Below are positions 27,852 to 42,234 of a stretch of 64,000 nucleotides of DNA, in pieces; position 1 is the stretch's first letter; each line of letters begins with the position of its first letter. The notes under the pieces were generated by a model that was not told where the DNA came from, ran no database searches, and saw nothing but the letters and a program-made list of their open reading frames with translations. The stretch is taken from the NCBI GenBank assembly GCA_030682495.1, contig JAUXOC010000091.1:2879-66878 (forward strand), in the 5' to 3' direction. The position numbers and the translations under genes are program-made. This stretch comes from Alphaproteobacteria bacterium. GTDB lineage: Bacteria > Pseudomonadota > Alphaproteobacteria > Micavibrionales > UBA2020.

Positions 27852-28813
27852 TGCCCACCGCGACGCAGAAAAAATTTGAGCTCGGCCTGCTGTCCCGCCT
27901 GCCGGAAGTACGCGGACGCCTGAGCGAAAACGCTGCCATCGGCTCCATGACCTGGTTTGGCGTCGGTGGCCCTGCCGAGGTCTTGTTTAAACCCGAAGAC
28001 CACGAAGATCTTGCCAATTTTATCCGCGCCTGCCCTGCCGATGTGCCCGTCACCGTGCTGGGCGTGGCATCGAACCTGATTGTGCGCGATGGCGGCATTC
28101 CGGGTGTTGTCATTCGTATGGGGCGCGAGTTTGCACAGATCACGGCGGCAGATACAGCGATAACCGCCGGTGCCGCCGCACTGGATATCAACGTTGCACT
28201 GACGGCGGCAAAGCATGGCGTTGCAGGGCTTGAATTTTTATCGGGCATTCCGGGCACCATCGGCGGCGCGCTACGCATGAACGCGGGTGCTTATGGCGGC
28301 GAAACCAAAAACGTCCTGCGTCATGCCGATGTTTTGTTCAGGGACGGCAGCATTAAAACCATGACCGGCGCGGATATGGGGCTCAGCTATCGCCACAATG
28401 ACCTGCCCGAAGAGGTGATCTTCCTCGGCGCGGTTTTCGATGGTCACGCGGGCGAAACGTCTGAAATCGAAGCGCGCATGGATGACATCCGCACAAAGCG
28501 CGGCGAAACCCAGCCGGTTAAAACCAAAACCGGCGGATCCACCTTCGCCAACCCCGAAAATGAAAAAGCATGGCAGCTGATTGATGCTGCCGGATGCCGC
28601 GGTTTGAAAATCGGCGGCGCGCAGGTATCGGAACTGCATTGCAACTTTCTGCTCAATACCGGCGGCGCCACCGCTGCCGACATTGAAAGACTGGGCGAAG
28701 AAGTGCGCAAACGTGTTGCGGAAAAGAGCGGCATCATGTTACGGTGGGAAATCAAGCGGATTGGGGTTCCGCTGCCGGAGGATAAAGATATTTTATCCTT
28801 CATGAAGGGGTAG
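27851..28813 (+). CDS. murB: UDP-N-acetylenolpyruvoylglucosamine reductase
   Basis: 320 aa. 'TWFGVGGPA', 'LGVASNLIVRDGG', 'GIPGTIGGALRMNAGAYG', 'GSTFANP'. Confidence 0.93.
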   Translation: MPTATQKKFELGLLSRLPEVRGRLSENAAIGSMTWFGVGGPAEVLFKPEDHEDLANFIRACPADVPVTVLGVASNLIVRDGGIPGVVIRMGREFAQITAADTAITAGAAALDINVALTAAKHGVAGLEFLSGIPGTIGGALRMNAGAYGGETKNVLRHADVLFRDGSIKTMTGADMGLSYRHNDLPEEVIFLGAVFDGHAGETSEIEARMDDIRTKRGETQPVKTKTGGSTFANPENEKAWQLIDAAGCRGLKIGGAQVSELHCNFLLNTGGATAADIERLGEEVRKRVAEKSGIMLRWEIKRIGVPLPEDKDILSFMKG

Positions 28814-28824
28814 ATTTTTAGAAC

Positions 28825-29763
28825 ATGGCCAAGACAGTCGCAGTACTGATGGGCGGATGGTCGGCGGAGCGTGAGGTTTCACTCTCCAGCGGTGCTGCCT
28901 GCGCGAAAGCGCTGCGCGAACAGGGCTATGACGTGCGCGAAGTTGACGTGGCGCGCGATCTTTCCGCCCTTTTGGCCGCACTGACCCCTGCACCCGATGT
29001 GGTTTTCAATGCGCTGCACGGCAAAGGCGGCGAAGACGGCTGCATCCAGGGCGCTCTGGAAATGCTGGACATTCCCTATACGCATAGCGGTCCGCTGCCC
29101 TCGGCACTGGCCATGAACAAGCAAAAAGCCAAAGAAGTTTTAAAGCCGCTGGGCATCCGCTGCCCCGAGGGCAAGCTGGTGCATATCGACGATATCCGCA
29201 GCGGGGCAGAGCCGATGGCGCGCCCCTATGTCGTCAAGCCGAATGCCGAAGGATCGAGCGTTGGCGTTTATATTGTGCGCCCCGGCGACAACAAACCGCC
29301 GCTGGGTCTTGATACCTGGAGCTATGGGTCATGGGCGCTGGTGGAGGAATATATTCCGGGTCGCGAGCTTTCTGTGGCCGTTATGGGAAGCCGCGGCGAA
29401 AAAGCCCGCGCGCTCACCGTCACCGAGATCCGCACCCATGTGGATTTCTACAATTACGAAGCAAAATACGCGCAGGGCGGCTCCACGCATGTTATTCCGG
29501 CACCGATTGAGAGTGCGGTTTTTGACGAAGCGATGCGCATGGCGGCCTTCGCGCATGAAAAACTTGGTTGCACGGGTGTCAGTCGCAGCGATTTCAGATA
29601 CAATGATAACGAACCGGGTGTTTCGGGGCTTTACTATCTCGAAACAAATACACAGCCGGGGATGACGCCAACATCCCTCGTTCCGGAACAAGCGGCGCAT
29701 ATGGGGTTGAGTTTTGGGGAACTTGTGGCGTGGCTCGTAGAGCATGCCGAGGTGCATACGTAA
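28825..29763 (+). CDS. ddl: D-alanine--D-alanine ligase
   Basis: 312 aa. 'VLMGGWSAEREVSL', 'FNALHGKGGEDG', 'VVKPNAEGSSVG', 'LETNTQPGMT'. Confidence 0.95.
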   Translation: MAKTVAVLMGGWSAEREVSLSSGAACAKALREQGYDVREVDVARDLSALLAALTPAPDVVFNALHGKGGEDGCIQGALEMLDIPYTHSGPLPSALAMNKQKAKEVLKPLGIRCPEGKLVHIDDIRSGAEPMARPYVVKPNAEGSSVGVYIVRPGDNKPPLGLDTWSYGSWALVEEYIPGRELSVAVMGSRGEKARALTVTEIRTHVDFYNYEAKYAQGGSTHVIPAPIESAVFDEAMRMAAFAHEKLGCTGVSRSDFRYNDNEPGVSGLYYLETNTQPGMTPTSLVPEQAAHMGLSFGELVAWLVEHAEVHT

Positions 29764-29816
29764 GGGGTTACGTCGCATCGCGGGCTACGGGATAAAGCCG
29801 CAGGTCTTTGGGGTAG

Positions 29817-30635
29817 ATGAAGTTTTTTGGTAAAAAAGGCGATGCGTCGGCTTCCCGGCGTCGCGCGCGGCTATGGGTGCAACGGCTGAAGGCCGGTGCA
29901 CTTTACGGCGGTGGCGCGGGCGCTTTGCTCGGCTTGGTCGTTTATGCATGGATTGGCGGATGGTTTTCTATCGCCAGCAGCTTTGCTGTGCAAAAAACCG
30001 TCGATATCTCTGCCGCCGCCGGATTCAAAGTCAGCGACATTCTGGTCGTCGGCCGCAAAAACACCGCACCCGAAGAACTTCTGACACGCCTCGGCATCTC
30101 TGCGGGCGATCCGCTGTTTGGCGTTTCGATCGCCGAAGGACAGACCGCAATTGCAGATATTCCCTGGGTTGCCAGCGTCACAGTTGCCCGCCGCCTGCCC
30201 GGCACGGTTGTCGTCACCATCCGCGAGCGGACACCGGCCGCGCTGTGGCAATATCAAAAGAAACTTTCCCTGATCGATGCCAGTGGCCATGTGCTGAGCG
30301 GAAGCAATCTGGACAGCTGGCGCCATCTGCCGCTGGTGGTGGGCGAACATGCGCCGCAGGACGTCGCCAAATTGCTCGGGCTGTTGCATGCAGAGCCGGA
30401 AATTGCGCAGCAGCTTGCCGCCGCCGTGCGCATCGGCAGCCGCCGCTGGGATTTGCGCCTGAAAAACGGCGTGCTGGTCAAGCTGCCGGAAAACGATGTC
30501 GAGCTGGCGCTGCGCCGCCTTGCCCTGATGGGCACGAAAGACGGTCTGCTGGCGCGCGACGTGAAACATATCGATCTGCGCCTTGCCGGCAAGACGGCGG
30601 TTGAACCTGTGGAAACCGACAACAGCAATATCTGA
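29817..30635 (+). CDS. ftsQ: Cell division protein FtsQ
   Basis: 272 aa. Single TM followed by a POTRA-like region ('VSDILVVGRKNT', 'PWVASVTVARRLPGTVVVTIRER'). Position between ddl and ftsA. Confidence 0.88.
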   Translation: MKFFGKKGDASASRRRARLWVQRLKAGALYGGGAGALLGLVVYAWIGGWFSIASSFAVQKTVDISAAAGFKVSDILVVGRKNTAPEELLTRLGISAGDPLFGVSIAEGQTAIADIPWVASVTVARRLPGTVVVTIRERTPAALWQYQKKLSLIDASGHVLSGSNLDSWRHLPLVVGEHAPQDVAKLLGLLHAEPEIAQQLAAAVRIGSRRWDLRLKNGVLVKLPENDVELALRRLALMGTKDGLLARDVKHIDLRLAGKTAVEPVETDNSNI

Positions 30636-30691
30636 GAAAACGTTACAAAATAAACAAGAACAAAGCGAAGCACCCGAAGGGAGATCAAAAA

Positions 30692-32065
30692 ATGAAGAAG
30701 GGCAAAAACACCCCGCCAGACCAGACCGCCGCCGGCCATAAAGCCGGTGACAAGATACCCGCGCTGAATATGGCGGCGCGCAGCCGCAAAACAGTCCCTT
30801 CGCGCAATATCGTCGCCGCGCTTGATATCGGCTCCAGCAAGATCTGCTGCTTTATCGCCGAGCTGCGCGCACATGGCGGGCTGGAAGTCATCGGCATCGG
30901 GCATCAGGCATCGCGCGGCGTCAAGGCCGGTACGATTGTCGATCTTAAGGCGGCCGAGACCGCCATCTCCCACGCCGTCGAAGCCGCCGAAATGATGGCG
31001 GCATCGGAACTGCAAGGCCAGCCGATCCGCCGCGTCTTTGTGAATGTCCCCGGTGTGCACACGCGTTCACACCAGATGTCGGTAAATGTGAAAGTTGCCG
31101 GTCACGACGTGTCGGAGCGTGATATCCAAAGCGCGCTTGGCCACAGCCGCGGCGCGGTACAGCATGGGCGTGATGAACTGATCCACGTCATCGCGGCGGG
31201 CTACGCGCTGGATGGCCAGCGCGGCATCAACGATCCGCGCGGCATGACGGGGCAAAGCCTTGACGTTCTTCTCAGCCCTGTCACGGCGCAAAGCGCGGCG
31301 CTGCGCAACATCACCGCCGCTCTGCATCAGAACCATCTGGAAGTAGACGCCTTCTGCGCGGCACCTTATGCCGCAGGGCTTGCGACGCTGGTCGATGACG
31401 AAAAAGATCTGGGCTGCACCGTGATCGATATGGGCGGCGGCACAACATCTATCGCCGTTTTCGCGCAGGGCAAGCTGATTTATTCCGCCGCCATTCCCGT
31501 CGGCGGCAATCACGTCACCAGCGACATCGCGCGCGGGCTGACAACATCGGTTGCCGATGCAGAGCGCATCAAAACACTGTACGGCGCGGCGCATGCGACA
31601 TCGACAGACGACGGCGCACTGATCGACGTGCCGCCGATTGGCGAAGAAGAACCGCTGCAACCGAATTACATTCCCAAATCGCTGCTGGTCGGTATCATCC
31701 AGCCGCGCATCGAAGAAACATTCGAGCTGGTGCGCGCGAAGCTTGTCGACAACGGCATCAATCAAATCGCCGGTCGCCGCGTTGTGCTGACGGGCGGTGC
31801 ATCGCAATTGCCGGGTCTTTGCGATATCGGTCAATTGATCCTCGACAAACAAATCCGTCTGGGTCGTCCGCAGCGTGTGCGCGGTCTTGCCGAAGCCACC
31901 GGCGGCCCCGCTTTTGCCGCTTGCGCCGGTCTTTTGACCTACGCTGCAGAGCATGCAGTTGAAGAAACGCCGCGCGCGGCCTCTTCTTACAGTTTTGGAC
32001 TGCCCTTTAGTTTGCAGGGGAACGTTTTGCAAAAGGTGACGTCTTGGTTGAAAGAGAACTGGTAA
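30692..32065 (+). CDS. ftsA: Cell division protein FtsA
   Basis: 457 aa. Actin-fold motifs 'AALDIGSSKI' and 'VIDMGGGTTSIAVF'. gggaga RBS before ATG 30692. ATG 30770 is an alternative start. Confidence 0.93.
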   Translation: MKKGKNTPPDQTAAGHKAGDKIPALNMAARSRKTVPSRNIVAALDIGSSKICCFIAELRAHGGLEVIGIGHQASRGVKAGTIVDLKAAETAISHAVEAAEMMAASELQGQPIRRVFVNVPGVHTRSHQMSVNVKVAGHDVSERDIQSALGHSRGAVQHGRDELIHVIAAGYALDGQRGINDPRGMTGQSLDVLLSPVTAQSAALRNITAALHQNHLEVDAFCAAPYAAGLATLVDDEKDLGCTVIDMGGGTTSIAVFAQGKLIYSAAIPVGGNHVTSDIARGLTTSVADAERIKTLYGAAHATSTDDGALIDVPPIGEEEPLQPNYIPKSLLVGIIQPRIEETFELVRAKLVDNGINQIAGRRVVLTGGASQLPGLCDIGQLILDKQIRLGRPQRVRGLAEATGGPAFAACAGLLTYAAEHAVEETPRAASSYSFGLPFSLQGNVLQKVTSWLKENW

Positions 32066-32236
32066 GCGATTCAATCCGCTGGGTTTTCCGGCGGCGATGG
32101 GGAAATTTCACTGATTTTCCAATCTGTTACACCCGAACTGCGCGAAAAAAAAATGCACTAAAGTGCATGATGACTCTGGAAAGCGGATAAAAGAGTAAGT
32201 AGAATCAGCAGCGTTACGAAGCGGAGGATAACAAAA

Positions 32237-34021
32237 ATGACAATAAACGTGAGAATGCAATCACCCACAAATAGATTAAAACCGAAGATCACCGTCGTTG
32301 GTATCGGCGGTGCGGGCGGCAACGCCGTTAACAACATGATTAATTCGCAGCTTGAAGGTTGTGAGTTTCTTGTGTGCAACACCGATGCGCAGGCGCTCGA
32401 AGGTTCTTCAGCTCCTCATAAAATTCAGCTCGGTGTCAACGTCACGCGCGGACTTGGTGCGGGCGCTAATCCTGAAATCGGCCGCGCGGCTGCGGAAGAA
32501 AGCATTGAAGAAATTCTCGCCTATCTCGAGGGTTCCAACATGGTTTTCGTCACAGCCGGTATGGGCGGTGGTACGGGCACGGGCGCGGCGCCCGTAATCG
32601 CACAGGCGGCACGCGAAGCGGGCATCCTGACGATCGGCGTTGTGACCAAGCCATTCCACTTTGAAGGCACACACCGCATGAAGCTTGCCGAGAACGGCAT
32701 CGCGGAGCTGCAGAAATACGTTGATACGCTTATCATTATCCCGAACCAGAACCTGTTCCGCATTGCGAACGAAAAGACCACTTTTGCGGATGCTTTCCGC
32801 ATGGCGGACGAAGTTTTGCAATCCGGCGTGCGCGGCGTGACCGATTTGATGGTTATGCCGGGCCTGATCAACCTTGACTTCGCGGACGTCCGCGCTGTCA
32901 TGCTGGAGATGGGCAAAGCCATGATGGGCACCGGTACGGGCGAAGGCGAACGCCGCGCGATCGAAGCTGCCGAAGCTGCGATTTCGAACCCGCTGCTGGA
33001 TGATGTGTCGATGAAGGGCGCCAAAGGCGTTCTCATCAACGTCATCGGCGGTCTGGACATGACGCTGTTCGAAGTTGATGAAGCCATCAACCGTATCCGC
33101 GACGAAGTTGATCCGGATGCGAATATCATCTTCGGTTCCACCTTCGACCAAACAATGAACGGCACGATGCGTGTGTCGGTTGTTGCCACGGGTATCGAAG
33201 CGGCAAGCATGGCGCAACCGCGCCCTTTGCATCTGGCCGGCGCACAGGGTGAACCTGCGCGCCGGGGCGGTCTTGGCGGCGCGAAGCCCCAGGGCGGCCT
33301 GCATGCGCAGGGTTTTGGCGCGGCACCGACTGGTGCTGGCTACGGCTACGAAAGAACGTCTGCACCGCAAAGCGCGGCGCGTGAAGCGGGTTTTACCGGC
33401 GGCATTCCGTCGTCGATCATCCCCGCCCATGCCAGCCAAGCCCGCGCGGCAGCCACGGCGCAAAGAACGGCTGCTCCCGTCACGGCAGGTGCCGATGATT
33501 GGGCCGAGCAGGACGATGCGCCCGAAGCGACCCTCGGCCATACTGCCTCGACAACCTATGCCGCTGCCGCTACGGCGACCGCGCGCAAACTGGACGACGA
33601 GGTGAGCGAAGCCGATACGTGGACACGCCCGAGCACACCCGCGCAAAGCTATAACCGCACGGTACCGCCCGTCACGCAATCGCGCGACGCCGTACAGCCG
33701 CGCGGTGTCCGCCATGGCAACAGCTTTATTCCGCCCAAGCCGGTGGATCCGCGTCAGGCCGCCGCTGCGGCTGCCAGCGCTGATCTGTTTGCCGAGCCGG
33801 AACTGAGCGCACAGAAAGCCGCAGCCACTACCGCTACCGAAAAGCCGGTGAAGAAATCGCCGTCGCTGTTCGAACGTTTCACGCTGCAACGTCACAAGGA
33901 AGAAGAAGTGGCACCCGCCGCTGCGACGACCCCGGCGGGCAGACTGACCGTTGAAGAAGGTGGCAAAAAAGAAGAGGACGAGCTGGATATTCCCGCTTTC
34001 CTCCGCCGTCAGGCGAACTAA
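32237..34021 (+). CDS. ftsZ: Cell division GTPase FtsZ with long disordered linker
   Basis: 594 aa. '[12 protein letters not shown]', tubulin signature '[12 protein letters not shown]', conserved C-terminal peptide '[14 protein letters not shown]'. Confidence 0.98.
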   Translation: MTINVRMQSPTNRLKPKITVVGIGGAGGNAVNNMINSQLEGCEFLVCNTDAQALEGSSAPHKIQLGVNVTRGLGAGANPEIGRAAAEESIEEILAYLEGSNMVFVTAGMGGGTGTGAAPVIAQAAREAGILTIGVVTKPFHFEGTHRMKLAENGIAELQKYVDTLIIIPNQNLFRIANEKTTFADAFRMADEVLQSGVRGVTDLMVMPGLINLDFADVRAVMLEMGKAMMGTGTGEGERRAIEAAEAAISNPLLDDVSMKGAKGVLINVIGGLDMTLFEVDEAINRIRDEVDPDANIIFGSTFDQTMNGTMRVSVVATGIEAASMAQPRPLHLAGAQGEPARRGGLGGAKPQGGLHAQGFGAAPTGAGYGYERTSAPQSAAREAGFTGGIPSSIIPAHASQARAAATAQRTAAPVTAGADDWAEQDDAPEATLGHTASTTYAAAATATARKLDDEVSEADTWTRPSTPAQSYNRTVPPVTQSRDAVQPRGVRHGNSFIPPKPVDPRQAAAAAASADLFAEPELSAQKAAATTATEKPVKKSPSLFERFTLQRHKEEEVAPAAATTPAGRLTVEEGGKKEEDELDIPAFLRRQAN

Positions 34022-34050
34022 AAACATCCCCTCCGCTAGGGGCGTAACGA

Positions 34051-34086
34051 AAAGGCCGGGAAGAAATTCCCGGCCTTTTTAGTTTT
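34051..34086. terminator. Bidirectional Rho-independent terminator after ftsZ, also serving the convergent gene ending at 34101
   Basis: ggccggga (34054-34061) pairs with tcccggcc (34068-34075). aaa lies upstream and tttttagttttt downstream. Confidence 0.7.
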
Positions 34087-34100
34087 TCTTGCTGCTTTTT

Positions 34101-34463
34101 TTATTCGCAGACAAAACCTTTTTTCTTTTTCACCGTCACATTGCGCCACGAAATGCTGCCGTTGAAAAGGGCGGAGCCGGTGCGGAACCCACTATCCAGC
34201 TTTTGCCCTTCGCGCATCTTTTCGTAGTCTGCCGCAAACATCGGCACAGTGATCTGCGTTGCGTTAGCGGCGTTTTTCATGTGCACCGTCGGGTCGAGCG
34301 AGAAAGACGACTGGCGGATATCCAGCTCGACAAGGCCAAGGCAGTTTTTCCCCGGTTCCGGCTGCGGCTTAATATCCTGCGCATTCGCCACCGTTGTCAC
34401 GGCCAGAGCAAAGGCCGTCATGACAATACCTGCGCGCAGCCGTTGTTTGGTTTGGGGCGTCAT
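34101..34463 (-). CDS. Small secreted hypothetical protein (about 120 aa, signal peptide)
   Basis: Start set at ATG 34463 (MTPQTKQRLRAGIVMTAFALAVTTVANAQD...) with ggagag RBS, 10 nt after the upstream stop. Two Cys in the mature part. No recognised domain. Confidence 0.6.
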   Translation of the reverse strand: MTPQTKQRLRAGIVMTAFALAVTTVANAQDIKPQPEPGKNCLGLVELDIRQSSFSLDPTVHMKNAANATQITVPMFAADYEKMREGQKLDSGFRTGSALFNGSISWRNVTVKKKKGFVCE

Positions 34464-34473
34464 CTGCCTCTCC

Positions 34474-34914
34474 TTACTGCGGTGTGCGGGCGGCGGCGGG
34501 TTTGTTGGTCGGGCAGGCGTCGGTTTTGACATGCTGTGCATCGACGATATTGCGGTAGATGCTGAACGGGCCGTTTCTGAAACCATAGACGTTAAAATCA
34601 TAGGTGCAGCCCGCATGCAGCTTGCCCTGTACGTCGGAAGAACGCCATTTGCCGCGGATCATGCTGTCGCTGTTTTCAAAAACTTCTTTATCGGTGAAGA
34701 CGATGTATTTGCTGGTAGAGCCACCCTCGCCGTCAGAGCTTACCTGACGTTCTTTGTCTGTCACCATCGCGCGCACGGTTTCCTTGCCGGTGGTTTGATA
34801 ATGAAAAGAGCTGCCGACAGCCACGGCAAAGCCGACAGCCATGGCGCCGATGACAAGTGCGTGAAAGCCGTTGCCGCGACCGGCACGATGATTAAAATTG
34901 CTCCGAAAAGCCAT
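34474..34914 (-). CDS. Membrane-anchored hypothetical protein (146 aa)
   Basis: N-terminal TM 'FHALVIGAMAVGFAVAVGSSF' followed by a soluble domain. Normal composition. No recognised motif. Confidence 0.55.
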   Translation of the reverse strand: MAFRSNFNHRAGRGNGFHALVIGAMAVGFAVAVGSSFHYQTTGKETVRAMVTDKERQVSSDGEGGSTSKYIVFTDKEVFENSDSMIRGKWRSSDVQGKLHAGCTYDFNVYGFRNGPFSIYRNIVDAQHVKTDACPTNKPAAARTPQ

Positions 34915-35223
34915 GTTTTGTCTCCTGACAAGGTTAAAAGCTTGCCGCGGAAAATCCCTCTGGTGATACCGCGCGGCGGGTTTCTTGCGCGTCTAAATCG
35001 GTCTTTAGACCTGAATCGACGTTTTTTGCAATGAATTGGCAATAGGATTACGCTCGTTTTATGGTTATGTCAATTATTTTTGCGCGGAACCGGCGGGGCG
35101 AAAATATCATTTTAAAGCAAATGCTTACCCCTGTAACACTCTGTCACAAAGAGTGACTTCAGACGTTCAAGAAACTTTGTTACTCATGAAGATACGGGGA
35201 TCGCCCGCGGCGCAATAATCCGG

Positions 35224-36192
35224 ATGTATATGATGCTGAAATCTGTCTACCAGCACACGCTTAGCCAAGTTCTGACCATCAGCGGTATCGGTGTGCACTC
35301 CGGCGCGCCCGCCACGCTGACCATCCACCCTGCCCCCGCTGGCAGCGGCATTGTTTTTGTCCGCACCGACATTCAAGACCGCGACAACGTCATCCCCGCC
35401 CGCTGGGACCATGTCGCCGATACGCGTCTTTGCACCGTCATCGCCAACAAAGCCGGCGCAAGTGTATCCACCATCGAACATTTGATGTCTGCTTTCGCCG
35501 CGCTGGGCGTTGACAACGCGCGCGTTGACATCGACGGCGCCGAAACACCGATCATGGACGGCAGCGCAAAGCCTTTTATCGAGGCGATTGACCGCACCGG
35601 CCTTCTGCGTCAAAAAGCTGCGCGCAAAGTTCTCGTCATCAAAAAAACCATCAGCGTCAAAGACGGCGACAAAGAAGCGATCCTCAGCCCTGCGGATGGC
35701 CAGTATTTCGGCTTTGAAATAGAATTCGACAACACCTTGATCGGCCGCCAGAAATACACGCACCAGCTGAAAGAAAACAGTTTCCGCGGTGAAATTGCGG
35801 CCGCGCGCACCTTCGGCTTTTTGCACGAAGTTGAGATGCTGCGCAAAATGGGCCTCGCCCGTGGCGGCTCGCTTGATAACGCCATCGTCATCGACGGTGA
35901 TACTGTCATGAACCCGGACGGCCTGCGTTTTAAAAACGAATTCGTGCGCCACAAAATCCTCGACGCGGTCGGTGATATCTATCTGGCCGGCGCACAGCTG
36001 ATCGGCCATTATCACGGCGTCAAGGCCGGACATGCCATGAACAACAAAGTGCTGCACGCCCTGTTCGCGGATCCGGCGGCCTATGCTATCGTCACGCTCA
36101 ATCAGGCACCCGAAGCGGTCGCGCCGCAAGCGGTGCAGGCCAAGCATTCGGCTGGCGCCTTCTTCGGCGAAGCGCTTCCCGCCACGGCCTGA
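35224..36192 (+). CDS. lpxC: UDP-3-O-acyl-N-acetylglucosamine deacetylase
   Basis: 322 aa. 'QHTL...SGIGVHSG', 'STIEHLMSA', 'RTFGF', 'FVRHKILDAVGDIYLAG', 'GHAMNN'. Confidence 0.95.
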   Translation: MYMMLKSVYQHTLSQVLTISGIGVHSGAPATLTIHPAPAGSGIVFVRTDIQDRDNVIPARWDHVADTRLCTVIANKAGASVSTIEHLMSAFAALGVDNARVDIDGAETPIMDGSAKPFIEAIDRTGLLRQKAARKVLVIKKTISVKDGDKEAILSPADGQYFGFEIEFDNTLIGRQKYTHQLKENSFRGEIAAARTFGFLHEVEMLRKMGLARGGSLDNAIVIDGDTVMNPDGLRFKNEFVRHKILDAVGDIYLAGAQLIGHYHGVKAGHAMNNKVLHALFADPAAYAIVTLNQAPEAVAPQAVQAKHSAGAFFGEALPATA

Positions 36193-36306
36193 TTATTCAC
36201 ATAATACAAAAGCACCGGCCCGCGCCAGCGTTTGCTCCGCTGTGCAAAAACATGCTATAAAAAGCGTGTTTTCATCCTTTTAAACCACAGCCGGACACTG
36301 CCGACC

Positions 36307-37161
36307 ATGACCGTTTTTCCGACCTTTCACATGCCGCGGCTGTGCCGCTTTGCGCTGCTGGCCTTTTTGTGCCTGCCGCTGAGCGCCTGCGCCACCGAAG
36401 AGCAAAAGGCGACCAAGCGGCTTGCCAAAGAAACCGCGCAGCAAGAACCGGTGGAAACCCTGTACAACCGCGCCGCACAGCGTCTTGACGAAGGCGTGTT
36501 CTTTGACGCCGCCAAACTGTTTGACGAAGTTGACCGTCAATACCCCTATTCGCAATGGGCGACGCGCGCGCAGTTGATGTCGGGCTACGCGCATTACCGC
36601 AACCTGCGCTATGACGAGGCGATCCTCTCGCTGGACCGCTTTATCGAATTGCATCCCGGCGATGAAAGCATTGCCTATGCGCATTACCTGCGCGCACTGT
36701 GCTATTACGAACAAATCGTCGATGTGCGCCGCGACCAGCGCATGACGGAACTGGCGCTTGAAACACTGCAGCGCGTCGTCGACCGTTTCCCCGATACTGT
36801 TTATGCGCGTGATGCCATGCTGAAGATCGACCTGACGCGCGACCACCTTGCGGGCAAAGAAATGGAAATCGGCCGGTATTATCAGGTGCGCCACCAGCAT
36901 CAAGCTGCCATCAACCGCTTTCAGCGCGTCGTTGATAAATATCAGACAACCACGCACGTGCCCGAAGCGCTGCACCGTATGACGGAATCATATCTGGCGC
37001 TGGGTATTGTTGGCGAGGCGCAGAAAACGGCCGCTATTCTCGGCCATAACTTCCCTGAAAGCCGCTGGTACAAAGACACTTATGCGCTGCTGGGCGATAA
37101 AAACGCGCCTGCACCAAAAAAATCCGTCTACGACCGTACGCTTGGACGTCTTCTCAACTAA
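36307..37161 (+). CDS. bamD: Outer membrane protein assembly factor BamD (lipoprotein)
   Basis: Lipobox 'LPLSAC', then TPR-like repeats ('LYNRAAQRLDEG', 'YPYSQWATRAQL', 'RFPDTVYARDA', 'IGRYYQ'). Start chosen at ATG 36307. ATG 36331 is also possible. Confidence 0.85.
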   Translation: MTVFPTFHMPRLCRFALLAFLCLPLSACATEEQKATKRLAKETAQQEPVETLYNRAAQRLDEGVFFDAAKLFDEVDRQYPYSQWATRAQLMSGYAHYRNLRYDEAILSLDRFIELHPGDESIAYAHYLRALCYYEQIVDVRRDQRMTELALETLQRVVDRFPDTVYARDAMLKIDLTRDHLAGKEMEIGRYYQVRHQHQAAINRFQRVVDKYQTTTHVPEALHRMTESYLALGIVGEAQKTAAILGHNFPESRWYKDTYALLGDKNAPAPKKSVYDRTLGRLLN

Positions 37162-37176
37162 GGGTTCGCACGCAGC

Positions 37177-41154
<3,978 letters not shown>

Positions 41155-41229
41155 TTTTACCTTTTCTTCTCTTGGTCTTTTTATTGTTCTTTACGTCCGG
41201 CCGTGTCAGGAAAAGCCGTCAGCACATCC

Positions 41230-42234
41230 TCAGGGTTTCGGCGGACGCGGCGCTGACGGTTCAGGCTTTTTTGGGCGCGGCCCCGAAGGCGAAAGCCTTT
41301 CCGCCAAAAACGTATCTACCTTGTCGAGCCAGAGTTTGCGTAGCGCATCTATTTCGTGCCAGATTTCGTGCTGCGCGCCCGCAATATCGACGCGCTTGCA
41401 ATTCGGCAGCAAACCCGCCGCGCGTTCCTGCGCCGGTTTATCGACCACATTTTCGTGTTCGGAAATCTGCAGCAGAATCGGCGTTTTGATCTCTTTGAGA
41501 TAGTCTTCCTGGCTCAGAATGTCAATGGACTGGAAGGTGTGATAGACCCAGCCATAGGTCGGATCGCCTGTCTTGAGATCCGGATTGGCGCGCACGATAT
41601 CGACCGCGGCCTTGAAACGTGCTTCGTCGGCGGTTTTGTTATTGTCTTTGAACGCGTTCTTTTCCTCGCTCCAGTCGCTGCCGCCGGGGATGTATTTATC
41701 GAGGTAATTGCCCGCCTTGGCGAATTTCGCCATCTGGCGTGCCAGCGGTTTGGGCAGCGTGCCCGTGTTGATATCCAGCATCGGCGCGCTCAGCATCGCA
41801 CTGTCAAACACGCCCGCATGTTCTTTCAGATAGCGCAGGCCGATATGCGCGCCCATCGAATGCGCCGACATAATCAGTGGGCCAGAGGGGGCTTTGTCGA
41901 CAACAGTCTGCGTGAACTGGTGCAGGGTTTCGATTTGTTCGTCATAACCTTCGTGGTGCATTTTCTGCGGGTTGTCTTGCAGATAGCGTTCTGACCCGCC
42001 CTGCCCGCGCCAGTCCATAAGCCAGACGTCGAAACCGCGGTCTTTCATTTCCTGTGCAGCCTCGAAATATTTCTCCACGCTTTCGCGGAAGCCGGGCAAC
42101 ATCACGACGGTGCCTTTGCTCTCGCCTTCGGCTTTCAGGCTGCCGTAGCGGATATCGGCGCCCTTGGCATTCGTAAAGCTGCCCCATTTGAAGCCGTCTG
42201 GTTCGCGTAGCGAGGGTACGGGTTTTTCCGTCAT
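41230..42234 (-). CDS. Alpha/beta hydrolase (lysophospholipase / monoacylglycerol-lipase-like)
   Basis: 334 aa. 'VVMLPGFRES', nucleophile elbow 'SAHSMGAHI', C-terminal His in 'GAQHEIW'. Pro/Lys-rich tail. Confidence 0.75.
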   Translation of the reverse strand: MTEKPVPSLREPDGFKWGSFTNAKGADIRYGSLKAEGESKGTVVMLPGFRESVEKYFEAAQEMKDRGFDVWLMDWRGQGGSERYLQDNPQKMHHEGYDEQIETLHQFTQTVVDKAPSGPLIMSAHSMGAHIGLRYLKEHAGVFDSAMLSAPMLDINTGTLPKPLARQMAKFAKAGNYLDKYIPGGSDWSEEKNAFKDNNKTADEARFKAAVDIVRANPDLKTGDPTYGWVYHTFQSIDILSQEDYLKEIKTPILLQISEHENVVDKPAQERAAGLLPNCKRVDIAGAQHEIWHEIDALRKLWLDKVDTFLAERLSPSGPRPKKPEPSAPRPPKP

